A stretch of 64,000 bases of DNA from the NCBI RefSeq assembly GCF_006345805.1, contig NC_042997.1, positions 12,090,001 to 12,154,000 of the forward strand, in the 5' to 3' direction. The notes beneath the pieces are model-generated. The model worked only from the letters and a program-made list of their open reading frames with translations, ran no database searches and had not been told where the DNA came from. Both the position numbers and the translations under genes were made by a program. The stretch is from Octopus sinensis. Taxonomy: Eukaryota. Shown piece after piece: positions 26,211 to 39,907 of this stretch (positions within the stretch are counted from its first letter, which is position 1; each line of letters opens with the position of its first letter).

Positions 26211-26772
26211 ACTAGCGATAATTCTAATTTAAACTCCAAACAACGTATAGGGAATAGGCGAACTAATAGAATAGCACACAATAGTAACCCTCCCGACGAG
26301 AGCAATATAGATCCTATTAGGAGAAATAGAAGGGATAATAGATTACGCAAATACATATGGTTCAACTTACCTTACAACTTAGCAGTTAGGGGTAAGTTAT
26401 GTAAGAGAATATTCTCTATTATTTCCAACACACTTCCCACCCACCACAAGTATAGAAGTATCTTCTCCAACAAAACCATTAGGATTTCCTACTCTACCCT
26501 GCCCAACATGAGCTGCCTCATAGCTAAACATAACTATATTATATTAGAACAGCTAGATCAAGAGCAAACCATAGCGACCACAGAACCCCCCTCATCTAGA
26601 CAGTAGACAATATAACCAGACTGGCAGCCATACTACCCAAACAGTTAGTAATAACACCCGCCAACACAACAGAGGAAATACTACACCCATCAACAACCAG
26701 GAGGATATCAACGCCCCCACTCGTATTGCAACACCTCCGCCTAGGATTAGCAGCACACGACCGAATAATGCA

Positions 26773-27203
26773 ATGCAATGCAACTGCAGATGTGCATCAG
26801 AGTGCCCGCTGCAGGGCGCATGTAGGGCGAAAAACGTAATATATTCATGTGTGGTGAGTACTCAGTTTAACACACTCACCTATATTGGTTGCTCAACCTC
26901 CTGGAAATCCAGATACTACAACCACCGGTCCTCGCTGAGACACAGACATAAGGCTAACAGCACCTCCCTTTCTAAAAGAATTTGGGATTAAAAGACAAAT
27001 GTATAGGCTTCAAACTCAGATGGTCCATCATCGGATCAGCTGCACCTTATTTAAATAATAGAGCAGGATGCCAACTATGTTGTGTAGAACTCCTGAACAT
27101 CTTGAAATTCAAAGACAAACACAATCTTATTAACAAAAGGTCAGAGTTCAAACCATCCTGTATACACAAACTTATTAATACTTTCAAATACTACAAAGCT
27201 TAG
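26773..27203 (+). pseudogene. GIY-YIG endonuclease with upstream Cys cluster (Neptune/Naiad-type architecture)
   Basis: CNCRCASECPLQGAC, VIYSC, YIG, RYYNH, STSLSKRIW, W.I, CQLC, LINKRSE; one frameshift near 26985; linker IWFNLPY...ISYSTLPNM at ~26360-26520. Confidence 0.88.
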
Positions 27204-29039
27204 GTTTTATACCAACTCCCCCATGCAATTTCCTCCCACCCGGTGCAACCTGTCGGCTCCAGCACATCCCGCTTTCCTATATGTGCGTGTATATGCGTAT
27301 GTGTGTGTGTATGTATATGTATGTGCACATATGTGTACGTATATGTACATATATATATATATATGTGCGTGTGTGTGTGTGTGTGTGTGGGTGTGTGTAT
27401 GTGCATATATGTTTCCCTGCATTTTCCTCCTATATATACAAATTTTGTCTCCCATACATGACTTCTTTTCCCTAAATATTTCTTCTCCTACACCCATATC
27501 CTTCCTATATAGTCTCTTTACTTCCCTATATCTATACCCTTTCACATTTCTAACTCGGATGTTGAACGCACACCGCCAAACTCCACTTCCCACCCTTCCA
27601 ATTTTCAGTTCCCCCCGCCCGCCCCTACGTGGACACTTTTAACACACACCTCTAACTTTCAACCACCTTCATCTCATGTTAAATTATATTTTTATCTTAT
27701 TTTATTTTATTTTATTTTTACTCTTATTCTACTTCCATTTATTCTCATTTTCATTTTCATCCCTTACCTTAACTCTTATAATTTTTATAATTTTTATATT
27801 TCATTTCTAACTATTACATTGTATTTCTTATTTTATACTGTATTTCTTACTTTTATCTCTAATTTTACCCTTCCCTCATTCTTACCCCTAACTTATCGCT
27901 TTACATCTCTATATATGTTTATTTACTTACCTATAGATCCACTTTTGACTATGCGAGCGTCCGTGTACGTATGTATACGCATACATACATAAACGCGCGC
28001 AATATGTACATGCATATTTTGATATTATAGCTATACCCATATGTCTGTGTGTGTGTGTGTAGGTGTATATGTGCACGCACATACGTACACACAGCCGTGT
28101 GTGCGTGCACGCATAGACGTGATTCCTTACATACGCTCTTATATACATCCTTTAATATCTTATATCTAGACCTGGAAGCGTGGGCATATGCGTGTGTGTA
28201 TGTAGGGATGGGCGCGCGTATGTACATGTGAGTGTGTACACGTATAGTGTCCGTGTATACATGCGGATATTCTGTTGTATGTATGTATGTGTACGCACGT
28301 GCGTGTGGGTGTGTGTGTGTTTATATGCATGTTTACACGCGAGTGCGTGTGTATGCTTATAGGCTTGGAGGCGTATATGTACGCGTGTATATGGGTATGT
28401 GTATCCATGTTGGTATGTATGTACTAGAAGTCCAAATAATTCAAGGAACCAGATTAAACGCTCAACAGCTCTGATTTACAACGCATTAGGTCCCCAGACG
28501 AAACTGTTGATTTACTGACAATTCTACAACTAAATTTTATCAATCTCCTGACCACCATGCTTGGTCCTTAACCTCTATACATCCCTTATCTTTATATTTT
28601 TAATATTTTGTTACATTTTATCATGTTTTTTTACTTTTATTTTTATTTCTATTTCTATTTTTACTTTATAACCTTATGCCTTTACATTTATTTATATTCT
28701 TTATTTTTTTTTATATTCTTTATACCCCTTTACATCTCCTTATATCTCTTCATATCTTTATGCTCTACATTTTTATATTTTTCTATACTTACACTTTTTA
28801 TACATTTTTATCCTTCGTCCTGAATTCTCGCCCCTCCATCTTCACGTATATACATGTATTTATTTATTTACATTACTTCAACATCCATTTTTCCTCATCC
28901 TACATTGAGAGAAGAAAGAGATGGACGCTTCAATTCTATGCTGCTGCCGCATTATGTCGTACGCGAATGGGAGGATTTGCATCCCCAACCAGAATTTTTG
29001 ATTTTTTGATGTAAAATGTCCTTGTGGAAGCTGTTGTGC

Positions 29040-29117
29040 GCGGCTGAAGAAGGCCACAGACATACATTATGCATTGTTATAAATCTGTCTAATAAAGGCC
29101 CGAAACATATGTACCGC
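29040..29117 (+). ncRNA. Type I hammerhead ribozyme in the 3' pLTR
   Basis: Stem I GCGG/CCGC (29040-43/29114-17); CUGAAGA 29044-50; stem II GGCC/GGCC extended by ACAGA/UCUGU; GAAA 29102-05; stem III within palindrome ACAUAUGU; GUA site, predicted cut after 29113. Confidence 0.8.
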
Positions 29118-29251
29118 TGAATCCTTCGCATCATGTTTTTATTTTGATCAATTTACTCCACCACCTACACCACCAAACGGATACACAGGTGCTTATAATT
29201 ATCAAGTACTCACCCCGAATTTCTATATATATATGTATGTATGTATGTATG

Positions 29252-29284
<33 letters not shown>

Positions 29285-29844
29285 ATATGTATGTATGTAT
29301 ATATATATATATATATATACACTCACACATCCACACACATACATACTCACACACGCAATCGCAGGCGCGCACACATGCTCGCTTGTGCGCGTTCGCGCAC
29401 GCATACACGCACGCTTGCACCACGCTCATGGTTGACCGACCGGATCTCCTGTCCGTATCTGGTGCCGGCGCGTTGTCTTTGGGTTCTCCCACGCCTGTCG
29501 CCGCGGGACCACTCTTCCATCTTCCCCCTCCTCTCCCCCCTTCGCTGCAGTTCTTTTTCTCTTTACCCCCCCCCCTTTTTGTACACACACGCACACACAT
29601 ACACACACCCACATTTGCATATATATACACATTACACTTACACACACTTCAAATTTACTTGCCACACACACAACTACGCACGCTGGACATATACACACAC
29701 TACCACTCAACACACACACTGGCACGTTACATACGCCCCCACCCTTTCCCGCCCCGCACGCACTAACATATACATATTTTCTGTTTTTTATCACGCCTCA
29801 CACACACATACACACACGCACACGCACACACTCACCATACATAC

Positions 29845-30125
29845 ACACGCACACACACATACCTCCCTGTTTCTGATCTGCCTTTCCGACTTGCTAGGGT
29901 ACCCCCACACAACTCCTTTAATTCTACTACTGCCCGCTACTAGCCATTGTCCACCATACACACACATACACACACGCACCACTCACACATACATACACAC
30001 GCACACACATACCTCCCTGCTTCTGATCTGCCTTTCTGACTTGCTAGGGTACCCCCCACATCACTCCTTTAATTCTACTACTGCTTGCTACTAGCCATTG
30101 TCCACCATACACACATATACACACA
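29845..30125 (+). repeat. Two-copy 150-bp tandem repeat with CA-rich spacers
   Basis: acctccctg...ctagccattgtccaccatacacac at 29861 and 30011. Confidence 0.9.
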
Positions 30126-30320
30126 CACGCATACTCACACACACACACCGTCATCTCGCAACACCTTTTTACCATTCCCTCATTGATTCAGCTCTCCTGT
30201 TTTTAAAAAACATTTTCCTCCTTTTTTACTACTTCGTCTTTTCAGTATGTGACCTCGTGAAGACGACCTGCAATTTTTTCCTCTGTCCTCCCGTCTCGGG
30301 ATCTTTCTTTCTTTCTCTTA

Positions 30321-30356
30321 TGTTTCCGACGAAGAGCTCGCTCGAAACGTCATACC
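30321..30356 (+). ncRNA. Minimal type I hammerhead-like motif (variant core) in a pLTR-like repeat (~30140-30430)
   Basis: UGUUU-CCGACGA-A-GAGC(UC)GCUC-GAAA-CGUC-AUACC; U4 is C, stem I imperfect; same repeat family as 62320-62520. Confidence 0.5.
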
Positions 30357-30488
30357 CTCCTTCTTCATTTTCCTGAGCGCCTAATAATAATAATACTGTA
30401 ATTGTTCCACGTGTTGTTTTTTTTTCTGTTTTCCCGTTGAATTTATGAACCTATATTATATATATATATATATATTATATGTATGTTG

Positions 30489-30540
<52 letters not shown>

Positions 30541-30584
30541 GTATATATATATATATATTGTTTTGTTTTTGTTTTTGTTTTTTC

Positions 30585-30782
30585 CAGTTTCAGCTCTGAG
30601 CTGTGGCATGCTGGGGCACCGCCATGTGGTGAAAGAGTACAGCAGGGATCACCACCCCCTGCCGGAGCCTCGTAGAGCTTTAGGTGTTTCGCTCAATAAA
30701 CACACACAACGCCCAGTCTGAAGAATCGAAACCGCGATCCTGCGACCGCGAGTCCGCTGCCTAACACTAGGCCATTGCGCCT
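30585..30782 (-). mobile_element. tRNA SINE family B with CR1-derived 3' tail
   Basis: Head aggcgcaatggcctagtg...ggtttcgattc; tail atggcggtgccccagcatgccacagctcagagctgaaact, almost identical to CR1 62214-62255. Confidence 0.85.
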
Positions 30783-30843
30783 ATGTATATATATATATAT
30801 ATATGTATGTATATATATAATATAATATATATATATGATTATG

Positions 30844-30883
<40 letters not shown>

Positions 30884-30979
30884 TATATATATATGTTAAT
30901 AAAATAGAAATATGCATATATATAACATATATGTACGTACCTACCTCTACATGTACATATACACGCATATATGTGTACA

Positions 30980-31680
30980 GGACACCAAAAAGACGTCGAA
31001 CCACAGAGAGACGAAAAAAATAGACACAAACCAAGGAACAAGACAAGCAAAAAAAGAGATACAGGACAATAAGCACAACGAAAAATCCCCTTCTTCAGTC
31101 GCTAAGGTTTCATCTACTAAACGTTTCGAAGGATAAAAGCGAGGACGTATACTTCGAAGAAAACTTCCTTCCTGCGAAAGCAAATCAATTAAAATTCTGA
31201 GATCTTTTCGCAGAGGGGTATAAAAAAGCAAGACGGTAACGACAGTACAAACATATAAACAGTAAAATATATATATAAAACAGTGGAAAATAAATATATA
31301 ACAGTGAGAGACAGGACAAGGAGAACAAGATAAGAAGGGCTGGTAACGCCAGACGAAAAAAAGTATTGCAAACGCTGGATTATAGTGGACGACGAGAGAG
31401 AAGAATGTCGACCAGTAGCCTTAGAAGGCGGGCGAGCGAGAAAAGACAGGATAGCATTACGACGAAGTAGACGGAAGTATCGTCGCAGATGGACGACGGG
31501 AATGGGGGGAGGAGGACGAAGAGAAGAAGAGAGAGAAGAAGGGGAATGGTGCAAGGAGACCATGAAGAACGGGTGAGGGGGAGGAGAGAGAGAGGAAGAG
31601 ACAAGTTAAGTGAGGAAAAAAACGAAAAAGGGAATGGGAGAGAAGAAAGAAAGAAAGATGCAGAGTCGCGTGAGAGTTAA
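30980..31680 (-). mobile_element. Pyrimidine-rich pLTR-like repeat remnant with hammerhead-like elements
   Basis: Style matches 39030-39520; contains CGAAACGUU and CUGAAGA on the minus strand (31134-31085). Confidence 0.4.
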
Positions 31681-31827
31681 TATCAAGGCTAACTTGATAA
31701 ACAGAACAATCTACTTAATAGGGTGCGTGCGTTAGTCGATAAATATGTTAATAAAAAGAACATATGCATATATATATATATACATGTATAGGGCGGCGGG
31801 CTGGCAGAAAAGTTAGCACGCTGGGCG

Positions 31828-31867
<40 letters not shown>

Positions 31868-31954
31868 AAAAAAGGATAAAATCGTTAAAAATTTTATCGG
31901 TGCCCAGCATATAACAAGATTTTTTTATGACCATAACTATAATTATACATATAT

Positions 31955-32185
31955 ATTTCTTTACTACCCACAAGGGACTAGACACAGAGGGGACAAACAA
32001 GGACAGATAAAGGGATTTAGTCGATTACATCGACCCCAGTGCGTAACTGGTACTTAATTTATCGACCCCGAAAGGATGAAAGGCAAAGTCGACCTCGGCG
32101 GAATTTGAACTCAGAACGTAACGGCAGACGAAATACAGCTTCGCATTTCGCCCGGCGTGCTAACGTTTCTGCCAGTTCGCCACCT
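31955..32185 (-). mobile_element. Family A SINE, tail type 1
   Basis: Near-consensus reverse copy. Confidence 0.85.
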
Positions 32186-33279
32186 TTATAATTATACATA
32201 TATGTTTCATTTTAACATTTGGACTTAAAGTATATAAGACTATAAATAATAGCGTGAAAATATTAGGTTTAAAAACTTGGATAGAACGACTCGAAAGGGG
32301 ACAGTTTGCATTCTTTGAAATTTTCTCTCTCAGGTGCTTGCTTTTTTTTTTTGCAGGTTATTTATTTTTATATATAGTTTTATCTACATCTATTTCAAAC
32401 GTTAAAAGTGAATTATTTCTCGTTTTCTCGACGTTTCTCAATTCTCATGACATTAACCGAAACAGAGACTGGTGATGCTGAAGTAAAATCTTTAACCACC
32501 AGGATCGCATTTCCTCATCTAAAGAACCTTATTAAAGAAACCTACAGGTGCTATAATCATCTGAAAATATGTAAAATACTACCTGAAGTATCGATATTTA
32601 TAATATCACTAGCTATAATTAACTAACAGTGAAAAGCTGAAAAACGAAATTATCCGTAAGAGTTTTATAGGAATACACTAATACATATCGATTTTCTTCG
32701 TTGATCTATGTTACTCGGCAATTTTGTTTTACTTTTAAAGACATATATCCCTTATTTTTATGGAAGCATGTTTTAGAATGATTTTAATTCGTGTTCTCCA
32801 GGTAAGAATGTTAACTAATAATATTCCCGAAATAACTGCTACATTATAAGTACTAAAACGTCTACAAGAAGCCTTCATATGTTTTATTTTCACATATTCA
32901 ATTGATAAGTGCTGGGGTTCCTATTTTTTATTATGGGGATGTGTGGTTGTGTATATATGTGTGCATTAGATTGTTATTTCATTTGGTTTGCAATTATCTT
33001 TACACATAGAACAAGATATACATTGGTTTGAAGATACAGCTTCCGTCCTGATACAGCTTCGACTGTTCTAGAGAAATAACATGTATATCTGTTTTTATCA
33101 AAGGTTTCCCTCTGACGACATCTAAACATTTAAAGCTGCATAGACAAAGGTTTATTACTTTTCTAAATTAGAAGAATCTGTTGGGTAAAAAATGATTGAC
33201 CGTTGACGGAACTTTAATTACTTAAAATCGAGTCAAAATCGAATTAAAAGTAAATAATCTGCGTTACTAAAACTGGCAC

Positions 33280-33460
33280 TACATCGGTTATGACGACAAG
33301 GGTTCGGTTTGATCCCAGCAACGAAACAACCTGCTCGTGAAATTTAATATGCAATGACTGAGCACGCCACAGGTACTCTTAACGAAGTTCTCAGGGAGAC
33401 TCAGCGTAGCACAGAATACAGGTACTACTCATTTCTGCGAACTGATTGGACTGTAGCAAC
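33280..33460 (-). mobile_element. Decayed long-tail SINE 3' portion
   Basis: cggttatgacgacaagggttc...ctcgtgaaatt...agttctcagggagactcagcg match. Confidence 0.6.
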
Positions 33461-33777
33461 GCGCTGCCGGTAACTGTAATCAGTTCTATTACTGAAATCC
33501 CTACCCACTAAGTCATTCGCCTTCACTATGTTACTAAATATTCAACCTGCTGGAAATAGCAGTCAAATCTCCCTTAGGTTTCACACTACCGCCCTGAACA
33601 CCGAAAAGAACAGAATAGACAAGGTGAGAAACAACTCTGCAGAGGATAGCCTGGGACAAGTATGTGTAATCATATCATTAAAGGTGGTAAATGAAAAATA
33701 ACAGTTAAAAAATATTCTTTTAGCTGTAGTTAAACATTCAAATACTTTTATTGATACCATTATTAATAACTATAATT

Positions 33778-34412
33778 AATCCTTTCTACTAAAGGCACAA
33801 GGCCTGAAATTTAGGGAAGGGGACTCGTCGATCTCATCCACCCCAGTGTTTCACTGGTACTTTATTTCATCAACCCCAAAAGGATGAAAGGCAAAGTTGA
33901 CCCCAGCGGAATTTGAACTCAGAACGTAGCGACCGGCAAAATACCACTAAAGATTTCGTCCAGCGTGCTAACGATTCTGCCAGCTCGCAACATTATCAAT
34001 AATTATTTCAAATAAGGTGACGAGCTGGCAGAAACGTTAGCACGCCGGGCGAAATGCTTAGCAGTATTTCGTCTGTCGTTAAGTTCTGATTTCAAATTCC
34101 GCCGAGGTCGACTTTGCCTTTCATCCTTTTGGGGTTGATTAAATAAGTACCAGTTACTCCCTGGGGTCGATATAATCGACTTAATCCGTTTGTCTGTTCT
34201 TGTTTGTCCTCTCTGTGTTTAGCCCCTTGTGGGTAGTAAAGAAATAGGTATTTCGTTTGCCGCTACGTTCTGAGTTCAAATTCCGCCGAGGTCGACTTTG
34301 CCTTTCATTCTTTCGGGATCGATAAATTAAGTACCAGTTACGTACTGGAGTTGATTTAATCGACTGGCCTCCCTCCCGTAAAATTTCAGGCCTTGTGCCT
34401 AGAGCAGAAAAG
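33778..34412. mobile_element. Head-to-head family A SINEs: monomer (33778-33990, minus) and dimer (34013-34412, plus)
   Basis: Dimer is head, tail-1 unit, tail-2 unit. Confidence 0.8.
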
Positions 34413-34974
34413 AATAAATTATCTTGTTAGAATTCTAAATCACGATACGTTGATTACAAACGCACGTGATTATCAGAAAGCACTTCTAAAATGAAGAAAA
34501 GTGGCTAGGAACACTTTTGGCGAGCAGTAATTTGCATAATATTTAAAAACATTGTGCTAAAGGAGATTCCGCGAATCTGCCAATAGCTTGGATTAAAATA
34601 AATGAAGTAATGTGGGTGTATTGAATGAAGTATGCGCAAAATTCTTACTGATTTGAATTTCCCTTTAGTTGGAGAAAGAAATCCCTCACCCAAAGGCAAT
34701 CTTAGCAACTCACAAGACAAAAAGTTAAGAATTAATTTTAAAAAGTGATAATTTTTTCATGTTTATCATACACTACCTGTAAACGTGTAACTATGCATAA
34801 TCCAAATGTAAATGATGCGGGCTTACGTGAAATTCTTAAATATATAGAATTTTAAAAATAATATCATTAAAAGACGAAATAATGAAATTTGGTTGTTTAT
34901 TAATGTGTAGAAATATGATGCGCTCTACCACCTAGATACAGGGTGAGAAATTTTCATCCTGTATATATGTTTCT

Positions 34975-35195
34975 TTATTACGCACAAGGGGCTAAACATA
35001 GAGGGGACAAACAAGGACAGACAAACGAATTAAGTCGATTACATTGGCCTCAGTGCACAACTGGTACTTATTTAATCGACCCCGAAAGGATGAAAGGCAA
35101 AGTCGACCTCGGCGGAATTTGAACTCAGAACTTAACGGCAGACGAAATACGGCTACACATTTCGCCCGGCGTGCTAACGGTTCTGCCAGCTTGCT
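34975..35195 (-). mobile_element. Family A SINE, tail type 1
   Basis: Sequence match. Confidence 0.8.
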
Positions 35196-35779
35196 ACATT
35201 CATCATCCTGTATATAACATAACGAATTCGAAAATGACAATGAATTCGAATTAACTTATTGAATTCGGTTTCATGAGAGAAAAGATAAATCAGGGTATAT
35301 TCAGTTTTGTTTTTATTGAACCCTCAAGCTGTATGGAATATGATATATTTTAAATTCTTTCTTCTTCATTCTCGTATCATCCTTCCTATTTAAAAGCGAA
35401 ACAATCACTTGAATAACTAAAAACATGCAAGCTTTTTTTAATTTTTCCTTTACAATTGGAGAAAAGAAAACCTTTTTCGTGCTGCCCTTTCCCTTGCGAA
35501 TAAAAAAGAAAAAGACTAATTGCTCGGCTGTCTATCTATCTGTCTAATTATCTTTGTATCTGTGTATGTACTCCCCCACACCCACCCATAGTCACGCACC
35601 AACACGCATACACACGTACGCACGTACGCACGCACACAAAACACAAAACACACACACAAATACACACCCACAAACACGCACACATACAGTAGAATACTAT
35701 AGTTTTCATGAAGCATTGTTTTGGGTGTGTGTTTAATTAGTTTTCTAAACCAAAACAATGCAAGTTGGAAAAATTAAAC

Positions 35780-38000
35780 AATACCAGACGATGTTTAGTA
35801 CTATTACTGGTAGTTCAATATTTCAGGGATAGCTCCCGTTCTTCAAGAAATCTAACGTGTTATCAGGCAGTTGGGCAGTGTATATAAGATAATGTTTGAC
35901 TTGGGATGTTTTTAGTCAGAAACCTCCTCAGGGTGTGCACTGATCATATGTTAAATCTCTCCTTGCAGATCCCACGGCAGAGTACAACATTTCTTGCTTC
36001 GTTAAAACACATTGTCCTTGGCTGTGTGGGTATTTTTAGGTGGTCTAGAGATGTCCTGGCATTAAGTGGAGGGTTATGATTAGCCATTCTCTATCAAGAC
36101 GTTTTGGAATTGTATGGTATTATTTGTTTAGCTTCCTGCTTTTCTACATTTATGCTTATCCTTTGAATCACATACCTAATGTAGGCCATGTTAGCTCGGA
36201 GGAGCAGGGATGAATTATTATAAAGTAAGAGACACTGGCATGCCGATTTGCTGTAAAGGTAGTGGAAATGTGTTTGTGATCTGTGATTTGGAGTTGAAAA
36301 CCAAAGATAAGTTATTTGAGTTCTGCACACCATATTTTATATGTTAGTATTGTTCAACATATTGTATATTCTAACGGCCTCCCTACGAGATGATGTTAAT
36401 GTGAAGATGTCATCCAGTATCTGCCAAAAAAAGTGCAGGAGTCCAAGCTGTTGAGTGTCGTATGTCCTAACCGATTCATGTATGTAATGACTATATGCCT
36501 GACAAACATGAACCTACCAGCCCTTCAGAGATTTGAACTGGAAGAAGGTGTTTTCCATTATAATAGTTAAAAAATACCTGGAGCGGTGAGCCCAAAGCAA
36601 TAAGTTTATGAGATAAGGCATTATGTTTAATTTGTAAGTTGATTGGTAGGGTTGCTGGAACTGAGATGCACAAGTAAACAAACGCCTAAGCTAAAAGGAT
36701 AGTTACTTTTTCTAAGCATGGTTGGGAGTGTTCTCTCAGTTTGTTGATGACTTCGCTGGAACTTTCGACATGTCCTGGAAAGGTGTGAAGTATTGGCAGG
36801 AGAATATTAGATAGCGATCATGAGATGGGTCCGTTAATACTGGATACAACAGGCCTATTTTTTTTTAATCTGGTCCCAGATTTTGTGTTTTCATGAGGTA
36901 GTAGGTGATGAATATGCTGTTTCAGAGATGTTCAATCGGTAGCTTCGAGCTGGCTAGAAGTGATGTTATTGACTTTTTCAAATATTGTACTGTTGTCTAA
37001 GTGCTCGAATGCCAGTTCGTTGTAATTATTCCTACCTGTAACCCAGAATTCTCTCCCTTTTTTTGAAGGAATTTATACTAGTTTGTTTTTAGATTGAAGA
37101 ATTGTAATATAGAGAGATTAAAAGCGGAATGCTTTGTTTTGTTTTGCTTTGTTTTGTAAGACGTCGAAAACTGAATATTTAAATCTCATTAACCTCGAAT
37201 TAAGTTCGGGATTAGAAGGAGAAGGGTAAAGTTGGATGTATGCGTTGTGGGTGAACAATCTATTGACGCTCATAGTAGGGATGGTACTAGAGAGAGTACT
37301 ACTGGAAGATAGGCAGTAGGACTTCAGAGCCGATATCCATTTTAGTTGGTAAATTGTTCAGCAGATGTAAGTTTTTATAGCAAGCATATGTTTGCCATTA
37401 AATTACTGCACTTTAATGAATTTTCGACCAAGATTTAGTAGACATATCTCCTCGGTTGAGACAGTGTCAGACAGATCTATTGTACGTTGTTTGTGGTAGC
37501 CAGAAGTAGCCAAGTCGTCATTGCTTGCAGTTGTTTTGGTGGTAGAAAAATCAAGATTATTTTCCTTGTTCTTATTATGTTGGTAGCCTGTTGTAGGAAG
37601 TTGTCCACCTGTCGAGTTGGTATGTGTGGTGGTGCCGCTATGAGTTTCATAGGGACTGTGATAAGACAATTTGGGGTAGTAGTAATCTAACGGAATTTGT
37701 TTGTAAGACGTAGTTTATCATGGTTGACGCGTTTGTGGTTGTAGGAAAGAATATGGACAGTCGTTCTCGATCAAGAACTTTGGGAATTGTATAGTGTTGA
37801 TGCTTTTGTTCGCTGCATTTACTGCACATTTTGTGGAAGTCGTTTTTAATGTAGGGTGTGTTATATCTGATGGACTTGGATGGATTATAAAATACCGCTC
37901 TTCCATAAAATGTTAGTAGAGATGTTTCCGTTGTCTGTGATTTTGAGTTCAAAAGTAAACAAAGAAAGGAACTGAGTACGAGAAGGGGTCCTAACTCCGA
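35780..38000 (-). mobile_element. Heavily decayed Penelope-like element (N-terminus and RT)
   Basis: Minus-strand fragments KMCSKC...IPKVL, IDLSDTVSTEEICLLNLGRKF, RPVVSSINGP, ILDDIF; many stops. Confidence 0.6.
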
Positions 38001-38094
38001 GATATTGAAATACTAGGTGATATTACTAACCATAGACCTGTATGATAATTTTTCTCCAACTAGCATTGTTTTGGCTTCAGAAATATATATATAT

Positions 38095-38398
38095 AGTTTG
38101 TTCCTTCTCGAACCATGCCTGGATCATAACGGCCGGTTCTCCGGTTTCCTTGGCGTATAGGTTCCCCACCTGGACGGGACGCCGGTCCGCCGCAGGTGAG
38201 CTGCAAGATGCAGGAGGAAAGAGCGAGAGAAAGTTGTGGCGAAAGAGTCAGCAGATGTTCGCCATTACCTTCTGTCGGAGCCGCGTGGAGCTTAGGTGTT
38301 TCATTCATAAACACAAACATCGCCCGGTCTGAGATTCGAACCCGCTATCCCTCGACCACGAGTCCGCTGCTCTAGCCACTAGGCCATGTGCCTCCACA
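38095..38398 (-). mobile_element. tRNA SINE family B, second tail type (ggaaaccggccg...ggcatggttcgagaagg)
   Basis: Reverse complement of the 41487-41797 copy. Confidence 0.8.
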
Positions 38399-38585
38399 CA
38401 CACACACACCACACACACATATATGCATACATATGATGTGTGTGTGTGCGTAGTGTTTATGTATATATTTATATGTATGTAAGTATGCTTTTTCCCAATC
38501 TACATAACTACATACCAGTGTGAGAGTGCATGCGTGAGTGTATGCGAATGAATATGTGAATGGTCAGATAATGGATTTATGAAGT

Positions 38586-39814
38586 ATCCAAACCAACCAC
38601 ATGGTTCCGGGTTCAGTCCCACTGCGTGGCACCTTGAGCAAGTGTCTTCTGCTATAGCCCCGGGCTGACCAATGCCTTGTGAGTGGATTTGGTAGACGGA
38701 AACTGAAAGAAGCCTGTCGTATATGTATATATATTCATGTTTCTGTATTCCATTATTTTTTTTTTTTTTTTTTATATCTGTCCCTTTTGCTGTCCTGGTG
38801 TTCGTATGCATTCGATCCTTCTTCCAGGAAATCTACGCTTCCAGCTTAGTTTTCTTGGAGGGCTGGCCGTGATCTAGTAATCTCAAGATTAATCAGCGAA
38901 ATTACTACGATGATCCGGTTCTTGACTGAAGACTGAGGGGTTCGAATGTCCTGTCCATGTTTATTGTATCGTCTTCTATGAGTTACACGTTCTTGTCCAT
39001 GTTGTATTTTTTTCTACATACCTTAACATATATTCCAGGCGCCCCGTACCCCCTTTATCATTAATGTGAACACATATTCTTATAATTGGTACGACTCTCT
39101 GTTTGTCTCTTCTCTCTCTCATTTTTACTTTCTCTCTATTCATCTTCTCTTTCCTCTGATCCTTTGGTCTAGTCTTCCACTACCCTCCTATTCTTTGTCT
39201 CGCTCTGCACTCACAGGTCATTCTTCGACACCCATCCCTTCTCCTCTCTGATTCCTTCTTTTTCTCTCTCTTCTCTCTCTTTGTTGCGTTTTGTCCCCTT
39301 TTTCTCTCTCTCTCTTCCTTTGCTTCTCTTTCTTTTCTTTTCCCTCTTCTCTGTCACGTGACTGTTGGCCGAAATCTGCCTTTCAGCTCCTGACCCTCGT
39401 CGTGTTAACATCGTTGTTCTTCGTCCGCCGCTATAAAGGCTTTTTCCAATGCGCCAGAGAAAAAATTTGTTTGCTTGTTATCAGTCGTAAGACACTTGTT
39501 GTTTCACCGTTAATGCTTCTGTATTTCATGTTTCTGTATTCCATTATTGTTTTTTGTTTTTTTTTATATCTGTCCCTTGCTGTCCTGGTGTTCGTATGCA
39601 TTCGATCCTTCTTCCAGGAAATCTACGCTTCCAGCTTAGTTTTCTTGGAGGGCTGGCCGTGATCTAGTAATCTCAAGATTAATCAGCCGAAATTACTACG
39701 ATGATCCGGTTCTTGACTGAAGACTGAGGGGTTCGAATGTCCTGTCCATGTTTATTGTATCGTCTTCTATGAGTTACACGTTCTTGTCCATGTTGTATTT
39801 TTCTACATACCTTA

Positions 39815-39851
<37 letters not shown>

Positions 39852-39857
39852 ATATAT

Positions 39858-39907
<50 letters not shown>

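Noticed and set aside
26773-27203. Selenoprotein-type (Naiad) Penelope ORF
   Set aside because: Conserved Cys positions are TGC/TGT; no in-frame TGA at those sites in this copy.
38870-38955. Functional hammerhead in the 791-bp partial tandem
   Set aside because: CTGAAGA and CGAATGTC are present but no stem I or II pairing could be drawn.
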